Assembly (NCBI GenBank): GCA_050014495.1
Contig: JBEKDF010000008.1
Location: 1 to 64,000, forward strand
Reading direction: 5' to 3'
Origin: Candidatus Bathyarchaeia archaeon
GTDB lineage: Archaea; Thermoproteota; Bathyarchaeia; TCS64
Length of the DNA stretch: 64,000 nt
The notes under the pieces are model-generated. The model saw nothing but the letters and a program-made list of their open reading frames with translations, made no database searches and had not been told where the DNA came from. Below, one piece after another: positions 62,137 through 64,000 of the stretch (position 1 is its first letter; each line of letters opens with the position of its first letter). The translations under genes were made by a program, and so were the position numbers.

Positions 62137-64000
62137 ATGGAGCCTCCTAGAAAAAAACACCAACCCAACACAACAACGAAGATACTATTTGGCACAAGTG
62201 GTTGGAGGGGAAAAATAGACAAAGACTTCACATTACCCAACGTTCAACGCGCTGCACAAGGCGTCTCCGAATACTACAACAAGAAAATCAAGAAAGGCAA
62301 GATACTGATAGGATACGACCCCAGAGGATCCAATCAAGACTTCGCAAAAGAAACAGCCTCAATCCTAGCAGCAAACCACGTCCCGGTAGACATAATCCTA
62401 GAGGAACCCACACCCACACCGGTTCTAGCATATTTGGCGAACTCAAGTGAAGAAATCACCGGTGTAATAAACCTCACAGCCTCTCACAACAAATTCACAG
62501 ACGATGGCTTCAAATTCTCACCCCACCACGGAGGCGCTGCAGACAAGGAGACGACAGACCTCATCTCCCAATACGCTAACGAATCCACAAAAGTCCGAAG
62601 AGAAACATATGAAAACGCAAAGTCGACGGGCATAATCAGAGAAATCCAACTACAAGAAATCCTAGAAAAATATGTAGACGAATACATCATCCCCACATTA
62701 AAGAGAATCAATGCCTGGGAAGCAATAATAGCTCACGTGAAATCGGATCCAAAATTCAAACTTGTCCTAGACCCCATGCAGGGAACAACAGCTAAGTACC
62801 TTGAGGCTCTCTATGGGAGAATCGAGATCGAAGCAGAGAGAACATTCATCAAAATTCTCCACACGAATAATAATGATCCACTATTCGCGGCAGTGAACGG
62901 AGCGCCAAACCCAACCGAACCAGATAACGTAAAAGAATTGATAACCATAGTATCAAAGGACATTGAGACACTCGGAATTGCAACCGACGGAGATGGGGAC
63001 AGGCTTGGCTTAATTGACTTCGGAGGAAAACCGATCCAAGGAAACGACGTAATAGCCATGCTGACCCACTTCCTCGCGAATAAGAAACTCAGAGGAGTTG
63101 TGGGTAAAACCATAGCTACAAGCAACTTCGTAGAAGCTGTCGCAAAACACTCTGGGTTGGAGATTCTTGAGACCCCAGTTGGCTTCAAATGGTTTGTTGA
63201 AAAAGTAACAAAAGAAGGAATCAGTTTCCTGATAGCTGGAGAAGAATCAGCACACATAGGCACTGGGCCATTCATGACATCTTGGGACGATGGCATAACA
63301 ACAGGCGTACTATGTCTTTGGATGGTCGCGGAAACCGGTAAAAGCCTATCCCAATATAAGGAGGAGATCGAGGCAATAATAGGGAGATGCTACCTCTACA
63401 ACAGGGAAAACATCGAATTAACCAGCGATTTAAGGGATAAAGCAACTGAGCTTTTAAAAAGAGTCAAACTCGAACAGACCCGAGGAACGTATATAGAGGA
63501 AATGTCAATTTACAAGTTCCTTGCATCTCTACATACCTCACAGAGAATAGAGTCGATACTCGCAATAGATGGCCTAAAGATCATATTCGAGTCTGGTGAC
63601 TGGCTATGTATAAGGCTCTCAGGAACGGAGAATGTAGCCAGAGTCTACACAGAAGTAACAGACCCTGATAGAAGGGAACTCATCCAATTTATCAGCAAAG
63701 CTCTTTTAGGCATAAAACCCGAGGCGGAGCTATCAAACCTCATCCAGGCCTCAGAGAAAAGTAGGTCAGATATACCAGAAATTAATTCATATAGAGAAAT
63801 CGGATTCGAGGGTGATAGCCAACGCCTAGGTTGGGTCATCCCCCCAGCCTGGGAGAAAATCGAGGAGAGATTAAACAGCTTCAACGATTTATACGCAGTC
63901 AGAGGGAAAAATAACTTTGTCTTCTCGGGTATGGGTGGCTCAATCAACACCATCAAAGCGATAGCTAAGATCCACAACAAACAAACCAGTGCAAAAATTT
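62137..64000 (+). CDS. Phosphoglucomutase/phosphomannomutase fused to a glucose-6-phosphate isomerase-like SIS domain (runs off window)
   Basis: Hand translation: FGTSGWRG, TASHN, DGDGDR, GEES, RLSGTE; frame stays open into RLGW...SGMGGS; absent from ORF track because there is no stop in the window. Confidence 0.88.
   Translation, partial: MEPPRKKHQPNTTTKILFGTSGWRGKIDKDFTLPNVQRAAQGVSEYYNKKIKKGKILIGYDPRGSNQDFAKETASILAANHVPVDIILEEPTPTPVLAYLANSSEEITGVINLTASHNKFTDDGFKFSPHHGGAADKETTDLISQYANESTKVRRETYENAKSTGIIREIQLQEILEKYVDEYIIPTLKRINAWEAIIAHVKSDPKFKLVLDPMQGTTAKYLEALYGRIEIEAERTFIKILHTNNNDPLFAAVNGAPNPTEPDNVKELITIVSKDIETLGIATDGDGDRLGLIDFGGKPIQGNDVIAMLTHFLANKKLRGVVGKTIATSNFVEAVAKHSGLEILETPVGFKWFVEKVTKEGISFLIAGEESAHIGTGPFMTSWDDGITTGVLCLWMVAETGKSLSQYKEEIEAIIGRCYLYNRENIELTSDLRDKATELLKRVKLEQTRGTYIEEMSIYKFLASLHTSQRIESILAIDGLKIIFESGDWLCIRLSGTENVARVYTEVTDPDRRELIQFISKALLGIKPEAELSNLIQASEKSRSDIPEINSYREIGFEGDSQRLGWVIPPAWEKIEERLNSFNDLYAVRGKNNFVFSGMGGSINTIKAIAKIHNKQTSAKI

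Noticed and set aside
1..64000. tRNA or rRNA genes
   Set aside because: No T-loop or cloverleaf signature or rRNA-like stretch was seen by eye; tRNAscan-SE would be needed to exclude them.

Overview
Archaeal DNA, most likely TACK/Bathyarchaeia-like. This is inferred from aCPSF1/FttA, psmB, egsA, cdc48, fen, NOB1, UPF0147 and PolB2, not from a search. A compact core block (~20.2-27.5 kb) and a few other housekeeping genes sit among many one- to three-gene accessory units: hydrolases, amidohydrolases, PLP enzymes, thiM-thiE, uxuA-like, secreted beta-propellers and zinc-ribbon proteins. I saw no rRNA, tRNA or CRISPR array. Most notable: (1) about 20 (CG)n / alternating purine-pyrimidine tracts mark the gaps between accessory units and are absent from the gaps of the core block; (2) a GC-rich PolB2 cassette, bracketed by those tracts, in which the inactive RadA-like gene is fused to the small MGRT-type partner; (3) a ~70-bp direct repeat around a single URO-D-family gene, plus a second repeat family and a truncated tyrosine integrase in the first 4.5 kb, suggesting cassette-like gene capture; (4) fusions (PGM/PMM-PGI, HAD phosphatase-polyprenol kinase); (5) a three-gene zinc-ribbon operon of unknown function; (6) a TAG-interrupted secreted repeat gene and an ATA-start VOC gene missed or split by the ORF track. 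All family calls come from motif recognition by eye.
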